Virus record (IMG/VR): IMGVR_UViG_3300029305_003084 | Source: a virus | Lineage: Duplodnaviria > Caudoviricetes | Direction: 5' to 3' (one strand) | Length of the DNA: 64,000 nucleotides | Shown here: piece by piece, positions 1-10,059 of the stretch | How positions within the stretch are numbered: the first letter of the stretch is position 1 | Layout of the letters: each line of letters opens with the position of its first letter | Notes under the pieces: model-generated | The model's database searches: none | What the model was told of the DNA's origin: nothing | What the model saw: the letters and a program-made list of their open reading frames with translations, nothing else | Position numbers and translations under genes: made by a program

Positions 1-2247
1 TGTAATCTTGTCAATAATATTTAACAAATATCCATACTGGATTCTCATAGTAGATACAAATTTTGAAGATAATCCTTCATCTGCAACAATAGATGCTTTT
101 AATAATGGTACTGATTTAATTGTAGTGGTATATGTATTTCCAGTTTCTTTTCCAGTCTCATCGATTACACCGTCATTATTTGACTTAAATACAACTGTAC
201 TATTCATCATTTCAACAGGTTCAATAAATGTAACTGGATTAGATTTTGTTGAATATTTATTTGTGAATGTAGGAATTGTATTATATACATCCTCATTATA
301 ATAAGTATAAATATTTAATAATGTATTATTCATAGATACCATATGAGTACCACCTATGGTATTAGAGTGGACATCATATGCGTTGACTATTCTGAATTTA
401 CCTTTATCAGAAATGTAATCATCAGTTTCGATATTACACCCAAATGTATATGTGTTTAATTCAAGATCATATTCTTCTAATTGCATCCAATAGTAACATG
501 TATCAATACCATTATCACCATTAAATGCCAGTTTTACTCTAATACTATTTGTAATGTCATCAGTATATTCACCAGTCTCGTTATTGATAATGGTACGAAT
601 AACCATCGGTTTATCTAATTCAGAAGTTGGTGTGAACATGATTTTTACATGATAACTGTTCTCACCAATGAGTGAATTACGTTTAACATTCATTTGATTG
701 CATACGAATTGTACTAATGAATTTCGATCAGCTTCCATATAATCTACAACATAATCATTATTGACTGTGGTTAAATAATATGCTATAGATGTTGGATTTT
801 TCATAAAATAGATTAAAAATGGATTACTGTATATAAATTGATCGCTTAATGTATTATAATTTGTTAAGTCTGCAGTACTCATTAATACAGTATCTAAACT
901 ATCATCTTTATATGTGAATATATGACCAGGTTTGATTATAGAAATATCACTCTGATCAATCTCTTCATCGAAATCCGTTGCAGTTAACTCGATATTTAAT
1001 GTATTTGTATGGAATATTTCATCAGTACTGTCTTTAAATATAGTAAACGATGAAAACATTCGTTCAAATATATCATCTCGTGTTTTAATGAATAAAATAT
1101 CAGAATTGAACTTATTATTGAATCTATCAAAATATAACTGTAGATCATTTTCATTTGTATATGATCCTACAGTAGAAAACATCTCGACAGTTAATCTTTT
1201 CAATTCATCAACACTCATTGGTGCTGCACCATTATATGAACCACCCATAGGGATTGCAAATACAGGTAATTGATTGTTATAATCATATACTTGAGAACTA
1301 GGAGTTACTACAATATCTGATCCAACATAAGAGTCGAAATTACCTTCAGGCCCCATAGTGGTATAATAATTAATAATGATTTCACTATTATATTCTGGAT
1401 AGAAATAGTTATCTCTAGATGAGAAAGAAATTTCTAATTTATTTTCATCTACTATTTTATAATAGCAGAAGGGATTTTTTACAGGAGTAGTACCATTTAA
1501 TCGTTTTTCTAATTGAGTATATTTAGTACTATCTGCAGGCTTATAAAATACTTCAAAATTAGCAAGATAGTTGTCAAATTGAATATTATAAATAGGAAGA
1601 TTAATTGTATCACTTGTGATAACATTATCTGCATTTACAAATTTGTCAACTTGATGAACCTTTGCTTCAATTTGTAAATAATGCATATTCTCATAGAATA
1701 CACGTTTAATTTTTAAATATGGTGATTGGACATTACTAATCGTATTATCAAATACTGTACCATATTCTTCTCTCATATATTCAGCAGTAAATACATATTC
1801 TGTAGTATATGATGGAATTTTATATTTAATTCGAATTGAATAATCTAACATAAAGTGAAGGTCTTCAACATCGATTAGCATATCTGAATCTAATATGAAT
1901 TCGTAAATATCTCCACTCTTTGTTCCATTATTAATTACAATATCTTCTGGAATAAATAAATACATTGTAGATTCTGAAGCAGTACCAAAATATCCATCAA
2001 TTTTGAATAGTGTTGCATTGTTATATATAGTTTCAGGCATAATTGCTAAATGAGGAAACATCTCATTTAAGTATACACTGACTGTATTAAATGCATCTTC
2101 GGTACTAGTACCAACTAAATCTGTCATAAAACCTAATGCACCGACATTTAAGTCATTGGTTTTATCCATATTAAAATATTTTGGGGCTAATTGACCCATA
2201 ACGAATTTTTTCATGTTATGGATAGTAGAATAGTCTCTAATAGCCAT
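1..2247 (-). CDS. Baseplate wedge-like structural protein, runs off the window start; absent from the ORF track
   Basis: ATG at 2247 after GGTGG RBS; open frame MAIRDYSTIHNMKKFVMGQLAPKYF...YYTTMGPEGNF...SYTNENDLQLYF; resembles T4 gp6-like wedge proteins of jumbo phages; structural neighbourhood. Confidence 0.7.
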   Translation of the reverse strand, partial: MAIRDYSTIHNMKKFVMGQLAPKYFNMDKTNDLNVGALGFMTDLVGTSTEDAFNTVSVYLNEMFPHLAIMPETIYNNATLFKIDGYFGTASESTMYLFIPEDIVINNGTKSGDIYEFILDSDMLIDVEDLHFMLDYSIRIKYKIPSYTTEYVFTAEYMREEYGTVFDNTISNVQSPYLKIKRVFYENMHYLQIEAKVHQVDKFVNADNVITSDTINLPIYNIQFDNYLANFEVFYKPADSTKYTQLEKRLNGTTPVKNPFCYYKIVDENKLEISFSSRDNYFYPEYNSEIIINYYTTMGPEGNFDSYVGSDIVVTPSSQVYDYNNQLPVFAIPMGGSYNGAAPMSVDELKRLTVEMFSTVGSYTNENDLQLYFDRFNNKFNSDILFIKTRDDIFERMFSSFTIFKDSTDEIFHTNTLNIELTATDFDEEIDQSDISIIKPGHIFTYKDDSLDTVLMSTADLTNYNTLSDQFIYSNPFLIYFMKNPTSIAYYLTTVNNDYVVDYMEADRNSLVQFVCNQMNVKRNSLIGENSYHVKIMFTPTSELDKPMVIRTIINNETGEYTDDITNSIRVKLAFNGDNGIDTCYYWMQLEEYDLELNTYTFGCNIETDDYISDKGKFRIVNAYDVHSNTIGGTHMVSMNNTLLNIYTYYNEDVYNTIPTFTNKYSTKSNPVTFIEPVEMMNSTVVFKSNNDGVIDETGKETGNTYTTTIKSVPLLKASIVADEGLSSKFVSTMRIQYGYLLNIIDKIT

Positions 2248-2266
2248 ATATAATAATCACCACCAT

Positions 2267-3931
2267 TTACGGCATTTTAAATCTTAATTTAAACGTATAA
2301 CCATTATTACCTACAGATGTTTCAATGAACGGAGCACCTACAAAGGTTTTACCTGTAGTGGTTATCATATTTTCATACGTTTTGGCATATCTGATTGAAC
2401 TACCTGTTGATTTACTATTAATATTAAATTCAGCTAAACTTAATGGACTAAAGTCCTCTTTCCAGCTATATTCATAGTTAATTGTAAAATCAGGTAATCT
2501 AACATTATTGCCCTTACTCCAAGATGAAGCTGCTGATGGTGTATTTGTGGGAAATACACCAGTGTATTTGCTCCAAAATAGAATAGTTTCACCATCTGGA
2601 GCACATAAGAAATAGTATACTGAGCAAGCATAATCTAATACTCTTGCACGTATATTATCTGTTCGAGATCTAAATTCTCCACGATATACTTTTGAAATAT
2701 AATCAGTCCATGCTTTATGAATTTTATAGATATTATAATCTTGATCATCGATATAACTGATAGAAAATGAGTCTGCAGTTTTAGATTCAATATTATGGCG
2801 ACCATATTTCATTTTATGACCAGTAAAAGTTTGGGCAGTTTCAATACTCTGTACAACTTCGTCTTTTAGTTCAAAACTACCTGCCATATTAGATAAGAAT
2901 GGATTAAAATCATGACTCTTATCAAAATCACGAGTTAAAGATCTTAATAAATTTGGAGTATTTTTATTCAAATAATAAAACGTTGGATCTATTGCAACAC
3001 GCTCAAGCATAATACCATCATTATCATATAGATTTAAATCAGGTCTTGTAAAAAATAGATGAGAGAATGAGTTTGTTAATTGTAAATCTGGATAAACTAA
3101 TTTAAATCTATTAAATTTATTCATCATATTATGCTTAATATCATCAACATTACCTTTTCGAATACCGATATTTAAATTCTGCTCAATTATTTTCAATTCA
3201 TTGTCAAAAGAACTGTAATCATTAAAAAATGATGTTCTATTAATCCTTAACGGACTAATAGCAATTTCATTTACTGTACTTCCACCACCAGTTCTAGATG
3301 GCCATACTGAAGATGACGAGCCTCCTAAATTGTCTTTGGATTCAATATTTGATTTAACACCACTGGTTATCGCTGTAGCCATATTACTAATACTATTTGT
3401 AATCTGAGTATTAGTACCTTTAGTATTTTCAAATTTAAGATATTTGCTTTGGACATATAACGAATCACCAATTTTACACCATCCGCTACTGTATTGCTCA
3501 TACACTACAACAGTTCTATTTTTTTCAAGAGTTAATACAATTGATGATTTTTCGGATGGTTTACTATATACATTCAATATTGATGTGTTTACAGTAGCAG
3601 TTTTTCTTGTTTTATCTGTAATAGTTTCATTATTAGTTGAAACTAAAGACTCATCATAATCAATTTCTTTCCAACTAACTAAATGTCCTTTGTTTAACCA
3701 CACATAAACTGTTCCATTATAGTTTATTTTATATGATGCTGGGTCAATTAATTTATAATAATTATTTGTACCCCCATCAGCAGGGTCACAATAAAAAGTT
3801 TTTCCGTCTGGACAATTTTTTTTATATAGAATACCAGGTGAAGGTGATTTCTTTGTCATAGATGTTCTAGTGAAAACAGCGGTATTTTCACCATTAACAC
3901 TATTAAAAATACATTCTAGTCGTTTAGCCAT
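2267..3931 (-). CDS. Virion/baseplate protein with an SH3b-like cell-wall-binding segment and a C-terminal tail-tube/baseplate-like domain
   Basis: LNVYSKPSEKSSIVLTL...GWCKIGDSLYVQSKYL is SH3b-like; C-terminal LFFTRPDLNL...KYTGVFPTNTP resembles the tail-tube-fold family; late promoter at 3973-3984. Confidence 0.55.
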   Translation of the reverse strand: MAKRLECIFNSVNGENTAVFTRTSMTKKSPSPGILYKKNCPDGKTFYCDPADGGTNNYYKLIDPASYKINYNGTVYVWLNKGHLVSWKEIDYDESLVSTNNETITDKTRKTATVNTSILNVYSKPSEKSSIVLTLEKNRTVVVYEQYSSGWCKIGDSLYVQSKYLKFENTKGTNTQITNSISNMATAITSGVKSNIESKDNLGGSSSSVWPSRTGGGSTVNEIAISPLRINRTSFFNDYSSFDNELKIIEQNLNIGIRKGNVDDIKHNMMNKFNRFKLVYPDLQLTNSFSHLFFTRPDLNLYDNDGIMLERVAIDPTFYYLNKNTPNLLRSLTRDFDKSHDFNPFLSNMAGSFELKDEVVQSIETAQTFTGHKMKYGRHNIESKTADSFSISYIDDQDYNIYKIHKAWTDYISKVYRGEFRSRTDNIRARVLDYACSVYYFLCAPDGETILFWSKYTGVFPTNTPSAASSWSKGNNVRLPDFTINYEYSWKEDFSPLSLAEFNINSKSTGSSIRYAKTYENMITTTGKTFVGAPFIETSVGNNGYTFKLRFKMP

Positions 3932-4010
3932 TTTATTCTTTCACCTCACAATTTTACGAAAGTAATCGGTTTTATATATTTGTTTTATATGCGAAAAATC
4001 AAAGGAAAAA

Positions 4011-4025
4011 TCAATTATATATTAT
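4011..4025 (+). promoter_or_regulatory. Early-type phage promoter motif TCAATTATATATTAT; further copies at 40404(+), 45331(+), 45843(+), 12827(-), 18588(-), 20781(-), 30290(-), 32364(-)
   Basis: Recurrent intergenic motif oriented toward small non-structural genes; resembles the phiKZ-group early TATATTA core. Confidence 0.65.
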
Positions 4026-4342
4026 ATCTATAAGCACTTAAAAAATATTAATACATTTTTTAGTATATCTTAGGGATGCGGTAGTGCTTTATATTATGAA
4101 TGTCACCCTCAAATTATTGTCATTTTATTACTACGTATTAGTAATACAAATAAGAAACATTTATAAGGAGATGACATTTTTGTATAGACATACCACATCA
4201 AAGAGATCACATACAGTAAGTAATACGGACATTTTGGTTACAATTGGTCAAATTCTAGTCTCTATTAAAAATATTAATAAAAAATAATTAAATTATAACC
4301 TTATATCCGCGAAAACTTAAGGTATACTTTTTTTTGTTTTAA

Positions 4343-4354
4343 AACAAATATATA
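4343..4354 (+). promoter_or_regulatory. Late-type promoter AACA-N6-TA; further copies at 3973(-), 6718, 6773, 8962, 18826, 18972, 21164, 30347, 34095(-), 34141, 53715, 62570
   Basis: Same spacing upstream of many structural genes and tRNAs; matches the AR9 nvRNAP late-promoter consensus. Confidence 0.7.
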
Positions 4355-4392
4355 AATATCATATTATGTAGAAAGGTGGGAAATCGTATAAG

Positions 4393-5706
4393 ATGGGTAC
4401 TTTAAGAGATGTACTTGATGCTATCGGCGATCTTAAGAAAAACGCTTCAGAAGTCGGTAGAGATGTTTCAAAATTAAAGCGTTCTTCATCCTCTATTTCA
4501 TCTAGAGCATCTGAAGGCATTTTACAATTTCCTGTAATTGTGAGTTCTTCTATTGATGTTGAGACTGCTCAGATGACATCAAAGGCATTAGAACGTAATT
4601 ATGCTACCTTTGCACAGGTAGTATTTTCTATGTCACCCACTTTAAAATATCATGATGGTGTAAATGCTACTGAATATTTAAGACAGTTCCATCAGAATAA
4701 TCCCAATATTTTTGATATTGAACTGAATCTTGAAGAAAATGCTATTCGTTTTCTAAATGAATCAGTTAACTATATGAAAATTAAAGATGATAGTTACGAG
4801 ATTTTATCTGCTACTTATGAAGGTAGTACTAGTACTATCAGAGCTCAGAATAAAGAACAAGCAATTGATTTAATGGAACATGTTCGTCATGATATTTTAA
4901 ATAGAAAATATACTCCCAAATCTGAAGTTATTTATAAATTTAAAGATAGTGCTATTAGCGAAAAACATAATAAGATTGTAACTGAAGCATCTAAAGATGA
5001 AGATGAATATAAATTTGATAAGAAAAATATTGAATTATTTAAAAATGTTTTAACTGATAATGATGTTAAAAAATCCAATGAATTAGTTGCAACTACTCTA
5101 CATTTAAGAATTAAGTTAATTAATGATAATGGTGAGTACGTTGGTACTATGGATTTCATTGTTGGTATTAAAGCATATATGCATCTTGTTAAATCTAGTG
5201 AGATGATTAAAAATATGACTTCTGCATGTGTAAATAATGATAAAATTTTTAATTTCTTACGTTGGACAACTGGTGAAATTTCTTTCTTTAAGGATTTCTT
5301 ATTCAACGTCAAAGAAATTAAGAGTGATATCTCTGACATGAGTAAAGGTGCATCTTCTTGGTGGACTACATTAAAGCATAGAAAAGCATTATCTACCATT
5401 GGTAATAGTGTATTATCTAAAAAGGGTATTATTCCCAATGCTACTATTGTAATTTCTGCTGAAGAAGTTGAGTATATTAGAACTGAATATGGTTATGATC
5501 TAAAGGATATTCAGTTTATTAATAAAATCATGAGAGAATATTTCTTACTTGGTTTTGTTATTGTCGATAGCTCTGCACAGCTAGTACATTTCTATTTTGA
5601 TAAGGATAGAGATGTTCAGACTGTTTCTTTCTCTGCATTAGAGAAAACCAATGTTAACTCTGAACGTACATTCAGAGAAATGCTAAAAACTATGAATCGT
5701 ATTTAA
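4393..5706 (+). CDS. Putative virion (head) structural protein
   Basis: 437-aa ORF, RBS, late promoter, first gene of head-protein cluster. Confidence 0.55.
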   Translation: MGTLRDVLDAIGDLKKNASEVGRDVSKLKRSSSSISSRASEGILQFPVIVSSSIDVETAQMTSKALERNYATFAQVVFSMSPTLKYHDGVNATEYLRQFHQNNPNIFDIELNLEENAIRFLNESVNYMKIKDDSYEILSATYEGSTSTIRAQNKEQAIDLMEHVRHDILNRKYTPKSEVIYKFKDSAISEKHNKIVTEASKDEDEYKFDKKNIELFKNVLTDNDVKKSNELVATTLHLRIKLINDNGEYVGTMDFIVGIKAYMHLVKSSEMIKNMTSACVNNDKIFNFLRWTTGEISFFKDFLFNVKEIKSDISDMSKGASSWWTTLKHRKALSTIGNSVLSKKGIIPNATIVISAEEVEYIRTEYGYDLKDIQFINKIMREYFLLGFVIVDSSAQLVHFYFDKDRDVQTVSFSALEKTNVNSERTFREMLKTMNRI

Positions 5707-5729
5707 TTAGATTGAGGAGGTGAGAAATT

Positions 5730-6719
5730 ATGAGAAGTAATCCTGCAATTAATATCTTTCTTGAAAATGTTAATACATTTAAAGAAAGACGTGAAATTTT
5801 TTCACTAACTGAAGCAGAAGAGATTAAACTTAGTAATAATATGATTACTAAGTTATATACTTCAGCAATTAATAAGAAACATGTTAACTTTGAAGGTATT
5901 CCTCAGTCTAAAGGTGATGTTACTAAGTATTCTGGATATACATCTATGGTTGAATCACTAACATTATTACGTCAGATTGCTGATAATAATAATCATAAAA
6001 TCGATGAGATTGGGATTGTTGAAAAGGCATTAGGTAATATTGTTGCATACCGTGATGTATTTGAAAAAGGATTTAAGTTAAATAAAGAATTCATCATTAT
6101 GGAATACAATGTTTTAGTATATACATGTGTAAGTGCAATTAGTTATCTAATCGTATCTTATGTTGAATATATTAAACGGATTGATAAGATCGAATTCTCA
6201 ATTGTTGATTCTAGATATGGTACTGGTTATATTGGTATTTCTTCACTAGACTCTTTCAATAAGTCTGTCGCTAGTGGAGACTTTGCTAAAAGTATCAATT
6301 CTGTTGTCAAATCAGGTGTTCATGAATCTTTAAGCGTTGCTGCTGGTGTTGCTGGTGGTATTATTCTAGGTTCTATTGGATTAGTTGCTATTATTCGTAG
6401 AATGATTTTCCAATTCTATTATAGTAGAATGAAACTATCTAACTATTTAGAAGTTCAGGCATATTTCTTAGAGCTAAATAAGAATAATATCAATGCAAAT
6501 TCCAATAGAATGTCACCTGATAAAAAGAAAGAAGTTATCAGAAAACAGGAAGCATTAATTGCTAAGCTTCATAGTTATGCTGATAAGTTAAAGGTTGATT
6601 CTACTATGACAGATAAAAAGGTAGAATCTGAGATTAAAAAAGAAAATAGTGGCTGGACACTAAATAATATTAAGTCAGAAGTAAATTCAACTGATGATAC
6701 TGGAATTTTATTAATATAA
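5730..6719 (+). CDS. Putative virion protein with a Gly/Ala-rich hydrophobic helix
   Basis: 329 aa, GAGGAGG RBS, VHES followed by LSVAAGVAGGIILGSIGLVAII. Confidence 0.5.
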   Translation: MRSNPAINIFLENVNTFKERREIFSLTEAEEIKLSNNMITKLYTSAINKKHVNFEGIPQSKGDVTKYSGYTSMVESLTLLRQIADNNNHKIDEIGIVEKALGNIVAYRDVFEKGFKLNKEFIIMEYNVLVYTCVSAISYLIVSYVEYIKRIDKIEFSIVDSRYGTGYIGISSLDSFNKSVASGDFAKSINSVVKSGVHESLSVAAGVAGGIILGSIGLVAIIRRMIFQFYYSRMKLSNYLEVQAYFLELNKNNINANSNRMSPDKKKEVIRKQEALIAKLHSYADKLKVDSTMTDKKVESEIKKENSGWTLNNIKSEVNSTDDTGILLI

Positions 6720-6812
6720 CAATATTGTAATATAGACATCATTGAATACTTTGTTAAATGACTTAATATAAAAACATTTTAATAAAATGAATAGAAAGGA
6801 CTGAAATTACTT

Positions 6813-7865
6813 ATGGGAATTTTTACTAATAAAGCAACTGCCACCGATCTCGAATTCGAGCTTCGTGAAGGTTTTGAGTATGGCATGAATGCCCATTTTG
6901 ATATTTTCATGGAATCTCTAGATGATGATATGCTAATTCTAGAGTCTATGTATGCTTATGACATGGCTGAAATCGAACAGAGTCGTATCGTAGCTGAAGC
7001 TGCTGAGAAGGGCGAAGAGGAAGAAGAAGCCGCTAAGGAAGAGAAGAGCAAGGTCATGGAAGCTTCTGCTAAGGAAGTTTTCACCAAGATCAAGACTGCT
7101 GTTCAGAAGTTCTTTAAGAGCGTTTTAAGCTGGTTCGAAGGCATCATTAATCGTGTTAGAGCTATTGCTATGAATGGTGAAGACTTCGAAAAGAAGTTTG
7201 GTGCTAAGGTTAAGGAAGCTAAGATGAGCGATCCTATCAATGTTGAAGGCTATAAGTTTGATACTGATCACTTATTTGATTCTAAATCAGTTAATGAAGG
7301 TAAAGCTTTAAGTAGACATGATTTTGAAATTGATGTTAGTGTATTTTTCGGTAGTCAGTTTGACACTAATGAAAAGTTAACTAAAGTTGAAGATGAAATT
7401 AAGAAGAGTGGAACATTTGAAGTTTATGAAATGCTTGGAGCTGTTCTAGGCGTTAATATTAGTAGTGCATCCGATGCAGATGAAGTATTATTTGACTATT
7501 TCTATGGTAAGGGTGCTAAGAAAAACGGCAAGCAGAAGATGAATATTACTAAGAATATGGTTCTTGAATATCTCAATAATTTAGCAAAGTCTACTTCTAT
7601 GCTAAAGGATTTACAGAAGGCTAAAGAAGTAACTAAGACTGAAGCAAATGCGATTATTCGTGGTATTGATAAGGCGGCTAATGAGTCTAAAAAGAAGGAT
7701 GATCCTTTAGAAAGTAGACGTATGGGTGTTGTCCGTCTAACCATTCAGTGTATTAAGAATGCTCAGACTGCTACTATTCGTATGATTAATGTTTGGAGTA
7801 GTGCTCTTGGTGCTTATGTAAACTTTGCAAAGAGCGTCTGCCTAAGTGCAATGAGAAGTAAGTAA
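6813..7865 (+). CDS. Internal head protein paralog 1 (phiKZ internal-protein-like)
   Basis: Acidic propeptide ending VMEAS, then amphipathic KIKTAVQKFFKSVLSWF; strongly biased codon usage. Confidence 0.6.
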   Translation: MGIFTNKATATDLEFELREGFEYGMNAHFDIFMESLDDDMLILESMYAYDMAEIEQSRIVAEAAEKGEEEEEAAKEEKSKVMEASAKEVFTKIKTAVQKFFKSVLSWFEGIINRVRAIAMNGEDFEKKFGAKVKEAKMSDPINVEGYKFDTDHLFDSKSVNEGKALSRHDFEIDVSVFFGSQFDTNEKLTKVEDEIKKSGTFEVYEMLGAVLGVNISSASDADEVLFDYFYGKGAKKNGKQKMNITKNMVLEYLNNLAKSTSMLKDLQKAKEVTKTEANAIIRGIDKAANESKKKDDPLESRRMGVVRLTIQCIKNAQTATIRMINVWSSALGAYVNFAKSVCLSAMRSK

Positions 7866-7908
7866 TTTTTTATTATTTTCTCTTATTTGAAAGGAGTGTA
7901 ATATACAT

Positions 7909-8895
7909 ATGTCTATTTTTACTAAGACTCCCGTTTTTGAAGCAAGTGTCGAAAACGAGATTGAATTTGCAGATGTATATCCTACCGTAGAATCTGGTAT
8001 GGAGATTGCTTTTGAGTCCTTTGCAGGTATCTCTAAGCTAACTGCAGGTCTATATATTGCAGATATTATGACTGAGAATGCTATTTTTGAAGGCTCTCAG
8101 ACTGTAGAAGATGGTGCTTCTGTAATGGAAGCTTCTGTTAAAGAGTATGCTAAGAAGGTTAAAGACAACCTAATTAAGCTAAAGAATAAGATCATTGACT
8201 GGTTTAAGAAGATTCAGACTCGTGTATTCGTAAAGTTTATGGATGCTGCTAAGTTTGTTAAGCAGTATGAGTCTGAGATTCTAAAGAAGGCCGGTAAGGT
8301 CGACTTCTATTTCAATGGTTATGAGTATAATGAGTCTCCTGCTGATGCTAGTAAGGAAGCGATTTCTACTCTAAAGGGTATGGTTGATGATGTACTAAAG
8401 GTAGACAACCGTGCTGAAAATCTAGAGAAGGTTCAGAAGATGGATGAAGCTGCTACTAAGAAGGCTAACATCAATGAACTTAAGAAGTATATTACTGAAA
8501 CCTGCCGTGGTAAAGAAAAGCAGAAGGATATCAGAATTACCGAATCTATGGTAAAGAAGATGATCGATGCTGTTAAGAATCACAGTGGTCAGGTTAAAGC
8601 TATGACTGACTTTAAAGATGATACCGTAAAGGCTATCAACGATATTATTGCTGACATGGATAAGACCAAGGATACTGCAGCAGCATCTGTTGTTACTGCA
8701 AAGACCCGTATGGCTAACCGTGCAGTTACTGCTATGCAGTCTATCAACTCTCACTGTGTTGGTTTAATGAACGAGATGTACAGCCAGTATGGTGCTATTC
8801 TAAAGAGAGTTTTCAATACTAAGGTTGCTGCTGAGTCTGCTGAGTTTGAAGAATCTGGTGATTCTCTACTAGAGGCTGCAATGGCTCTAATCTAA
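7909..8895 (+). CDS. Internal head protein paralog 2
   Basis: Acidic propeptide ending VMEAS, then KVKDNLIKLKNKIIDWF; clearly similar to 6813..7865. Confidence 0.6.
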   Translation: MSIFTKTPVFEASVENEIEFADVYPTVESGMEIAFESFAGISKLTAGLYIADIMTENAIFEGSQTVEDGASVMEASVKEYAKKVKDNLIKLKNKIIDWFKKIQTRVFVKFMDAAKFVKQYESEILKKAGKVDFYFNGYEYNESPADASKEAISTLKGMVDDVLKVDNRAENLEKVQKMDEAATKKANINELKKYITETCRGKEKQKDIRITESMVKKMIDAVKNHSGQVKAMTDFKDDTVKAINDIIADMDKTKDTAAASVVTAKTRMANRAVTAMQSINSHCVGLMNEMYSQYGAILKRVFNTKVAAESAEFEESGDSLLEAAMALI

Positions 8896-8906
8896 TTAAT
8901 ATTTAT

Positions 8907-8947
8907 AAGACTTATAGGTATAGTTTTCTATACCTATAAGTCTTTTT
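8907..8947 (+). terminator. Intrinsic terminator
   Basis: AAGACTTATAGGTATAG/CTATACCTATAAGTCTT stem followed by a T-run. Confidence 0.75.
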
Positions 8948-8994
8948 ATTTATCTACGTTTAACATTTAAATAATAGCGAAACGAGGTGATTAA

Positions 8995-10059
8995 ATGATT
9001 CCATCTGGTAGAATTTTTAAAAATGAAACTAATTTAAATTATCATAGACCGATTTCAGTAGAATCATATATGGAATCTGATTTAACCTATGATATTTATA
9101 ATATGCTTAATTATATAGAAGAAAATGCATTTAATGTATATACTGTATACATTAAACAAAAACATTACGCTGCATTAGAAAATGATACTAGTATATTACT
9201 AGAAGGTGCTAATGATATCAGAAAAGCAATTAATGATTTCTTCACTAAATTAATCAATAAATTAACTGAATTTCAACATATGTTTATTACAAGTACAAAA
9301 ACTTATATAACCACATTTTCTAAGTTTTTGAAAAATAATGAGGATAAAATAAAGTTATTACCTGATAAGCAAATTACTTTTGAAGGATATAATTTTACAA
9401 TAGACTTCGATATTCCGAAAACTAATATTGTGTATGATATTATATATGAATATAATTCACAAGTTGACAATATTGATATATTAACAAAGCAAGATATTGA
9501 TAAAAAAGTTGATTCTTTTAAAGTAGATAAAACTAAAGATAATATCAGAAGTAAAATTATTGGCAAATCTGTCAATACAAATAAATGTGGGTTTTATGAT
9601 GAAGTTGATAAGTTATTTAGAGATGATAAAACCGAACCATCTACATTAGTCATTGATAAAACTTACATTGTGGATGGACTAAATAACTATAAAGAAATTG
9701 AAAAATTAATTCAAAAAACTGCAAAAGAATTTAAAGAAATTGATAAGTGTTTAAAGAATCTAAAGAATATATTTAGTCGAAAGGTTCATATAAATAAAAA
9801 GAATAATACTGTAGTATTTAATAAAGCCACAATAAATGAAATGATTCCTATCGATGTAAATTGTGAAAACTATGATAATGTATTGCTTTATGAAGAATAT
9901 CTTCAGTATCAATTTAACTATACTAAATTTGTAACTACATGTATAGTTAATACATATATGCAGAAAGTAAAAGCTATTAAAGATTCTATGAAACAATATG
10001 AGAGAATCCTTAAATCATATATTAATGAAAAAGATGGTACCGAGGTGAAAGTAAAATGA
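8995..10059 (+). CDS. Internal head protein paralog 3
   Basis: ILLEG then AINDFFTKLINKL and FEGYNF, similar to the upstream paralogs. Confidence 0.5.
   Translation: MIPSGRIFKNETNLNYHRPISVESYMESDLTYDIYNMLNYIEENAFNVYTVYIKQKHYAALENDTSILLEGANDIRKAINDFFTKLINKLTEFQHMFITSTKTYITTFSKFLKNNEDKIKLLPDKQITFEGYNFTIDFDIPKTNIVYDIIYEYNSQVDNIDILTKQDIDKKVDSFKVDKTKDNIRSKIIGKSVNTNKCGFYDEVDKLFRDDKTEPSTLVIDKTYIVDGLNNYKEIEKLIQKTAKEFKEIDKCLKNLKNIFSRKVHINKKNNTVVFNKATINEMIPIDVNCENYDNVLLYEEYLQYQFNYTKFVTTCIVNTYMQKVKAIKDSMKQYERILKSYINEKDGTEVKVK

Noticed and set aside
8-1273. Plus-strand ORFs 8..301 and 1088..1273
   Set aside because: Antisense shadows of the long minus-strand baseplate gene missing from the ORF track
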